64,000 nucleotides of DNA. Origin: Minisyncoccota bacterium (GTDB lineage: Bacteria > Patescibacteriota > Minisyncoccia > Phycocordibacterales > UBA9973). The stretch covers positions 1,627 through 65,626 of the forward strand of contig JBAZYS010000002.1 in the NCBI GenBank assembly GCA_041659205.1. The letters run 5' to 3'. This document shows positions 62,976-64,000 of this stretch, in pieces. A program made the translations under genes and the position numbers. The notes beneath the pieces were generated by a model. The model made no database searches and was not told the origin of the DNA. It saw only the letters and a list, made by a program, of their open reading frames with translations. Numbering within the stretch: position 1 is the first letter of the stretch; every line of letters starts with the position of its first letter.

Positions 62976-64000
62976 ATGAACGAGAAAATAAAAGGACCAC
63001 CAGCTCCACCTAGACGAAAACCAATAAAAGGAGGAAAACTCGAGGATTACCTAGAAGATGAGGATGATGGATCTATTGCTCCGACAGAACCAACACAGCC
63101 AGAAGGTTCCAATACACCTACAGAACCAGCCCCAATAGATATTTCTGATAATCCCACAGAACCAATCCCTATAATGCTAAAATCTACCCAACGAATTACA
63201 AAGCTTAATTCTCCTAAAAAACCTGATTCTCCTAAAAAAGACAGACATAAAATAGCAACAGAGATTTTTGGGCAACCTTCTTCTGGAGATGATAATTTAG
63301 AAGTGATGATGGCAAAATGGAAAGAAGAAAGAAAAGGGAAGTCTCCTGCTAAAACAAACGCATCAAAAAAAACACAAAAAATAGATTTATCCAGCCCCCC
63401 CAAGAAACTTGAACCCAGAGAAGGCGTCGCTCATACAATAGCGAAACTAGAAAAAAGTATAAAACTATTAAAAGAACAACGTAGAGAAATCGAAGAAGAT
63501 TATACTTTACCAACTAATGAAAAAGAACAAAAACTTGATAAGCTCGAAGGACAATTAGAAGATTATAGCTTAGAACTAGAAGAACAAAAAAGACTCGCAG
63601 AGGGTAGTATTTTAAAATCTCCTGCAGCAAATATTGGGACCCAGGAACAAGTCATTAATGAAATTGCAGAATTGCTAAAAAATAATCGCATTAACCAAGT
63701 TGTCATCCATGGCCAGAAAAAAATAATAGAACAGGATAGGATAAAAAATGAAGTTCTGACATTTGATTCAGATTTAGATGCGAGAACTGCATTGTTTTTA
63801 TTAAATGAATACAATAAAAAATCGCTAGAAGAAACATATGAAAAAGATGCTGTAACTTCTCTAGTTCCTAAAGGAGGTTCTGAAAAGAATTTAACAGAAA
63901 AAAAGAAAGGGCTTAAAATTTTTATAGACGTTGGTGGTAACTGGTTGAGTATTGAAAAAGATAACGAAACAACAACGATTCACATTGACCACCATGGAAC
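62976..64000 (+). CDS. Large hypothetical protein, truncated; low-complexity N-terminus, coiled coil, then DHH-like motifs (absent from the ORF track)
   Basis: Open from ATG at 62976 (MNEKIKGPPAPP...) to the window end; VIHG, DSDLDA, IDVGG, HIDHHG. Confidence 0.7.
   Translation, partial: MNEKIKGPPAPPRRKPIKGGKLEDYLEDEDDGSIAPTEPTQPEGSNTPTEPAPIDISDNPTEPIPIMLKSTQRITKLNSPKKPDSPKKDRHKIATEIFGQPSSGDDNLEVMMAKWKEERKGKSPAKTNASKKTQKIDLSSPPKKLEPREGVAHTIAKLEKSIKLLKEQRREIEEDYTLPTNEKEQKLDKLEGQLEDYSLELEEQKRLAEGSILKSPAANIGTQEQVINEIAELLKNNRINQVVIHGQKKIIEQDRIKNEVLTFDSDLDARTALFLLNEYNKKSLEETYEKDAVTSLVPKGGSEKNLTEKKKGLKIFIDVGGNWLSIEKDNETTTIHIDHHG

Overview
AT-rich bacterial window. Its gene set (type IV pilus operon, split comEC, H+-PPase, RNase Y, large Cys/Thr-rich secreted proteins, few Shine-Dalgarno sites) looks like Patescibacteria/CPR (Parcubacteria-like); this is inference, not a database result. 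It holds about 55 CDS, four tRNAs, a SAM-cycle/cfa/DUF2156/EamA/sensor-kinase cluster and a lexA operon with an SOS box. Most of the unexplained signal is non-coding. (1) Family A: seven copies of a ~105-125 nt three-way-junction element with strong covariation, all on the + strand, often starting at a stop codon. (2) Related families B and C, one copy inserted in frame inside comM. (3) A canonical type III hammerhead ribozyme behind a GC-rich orphan gene. (4) At least eight parS-like sites, several written in frame into cca and yraN. (5) boxA-like motifs just downstream of the promoters of GC-rich orphan genes. (6) An identical 201-bp 3' module shared by two tandem adhesin-like genes. All pairings and alignments were read by eye; no software or database was run.
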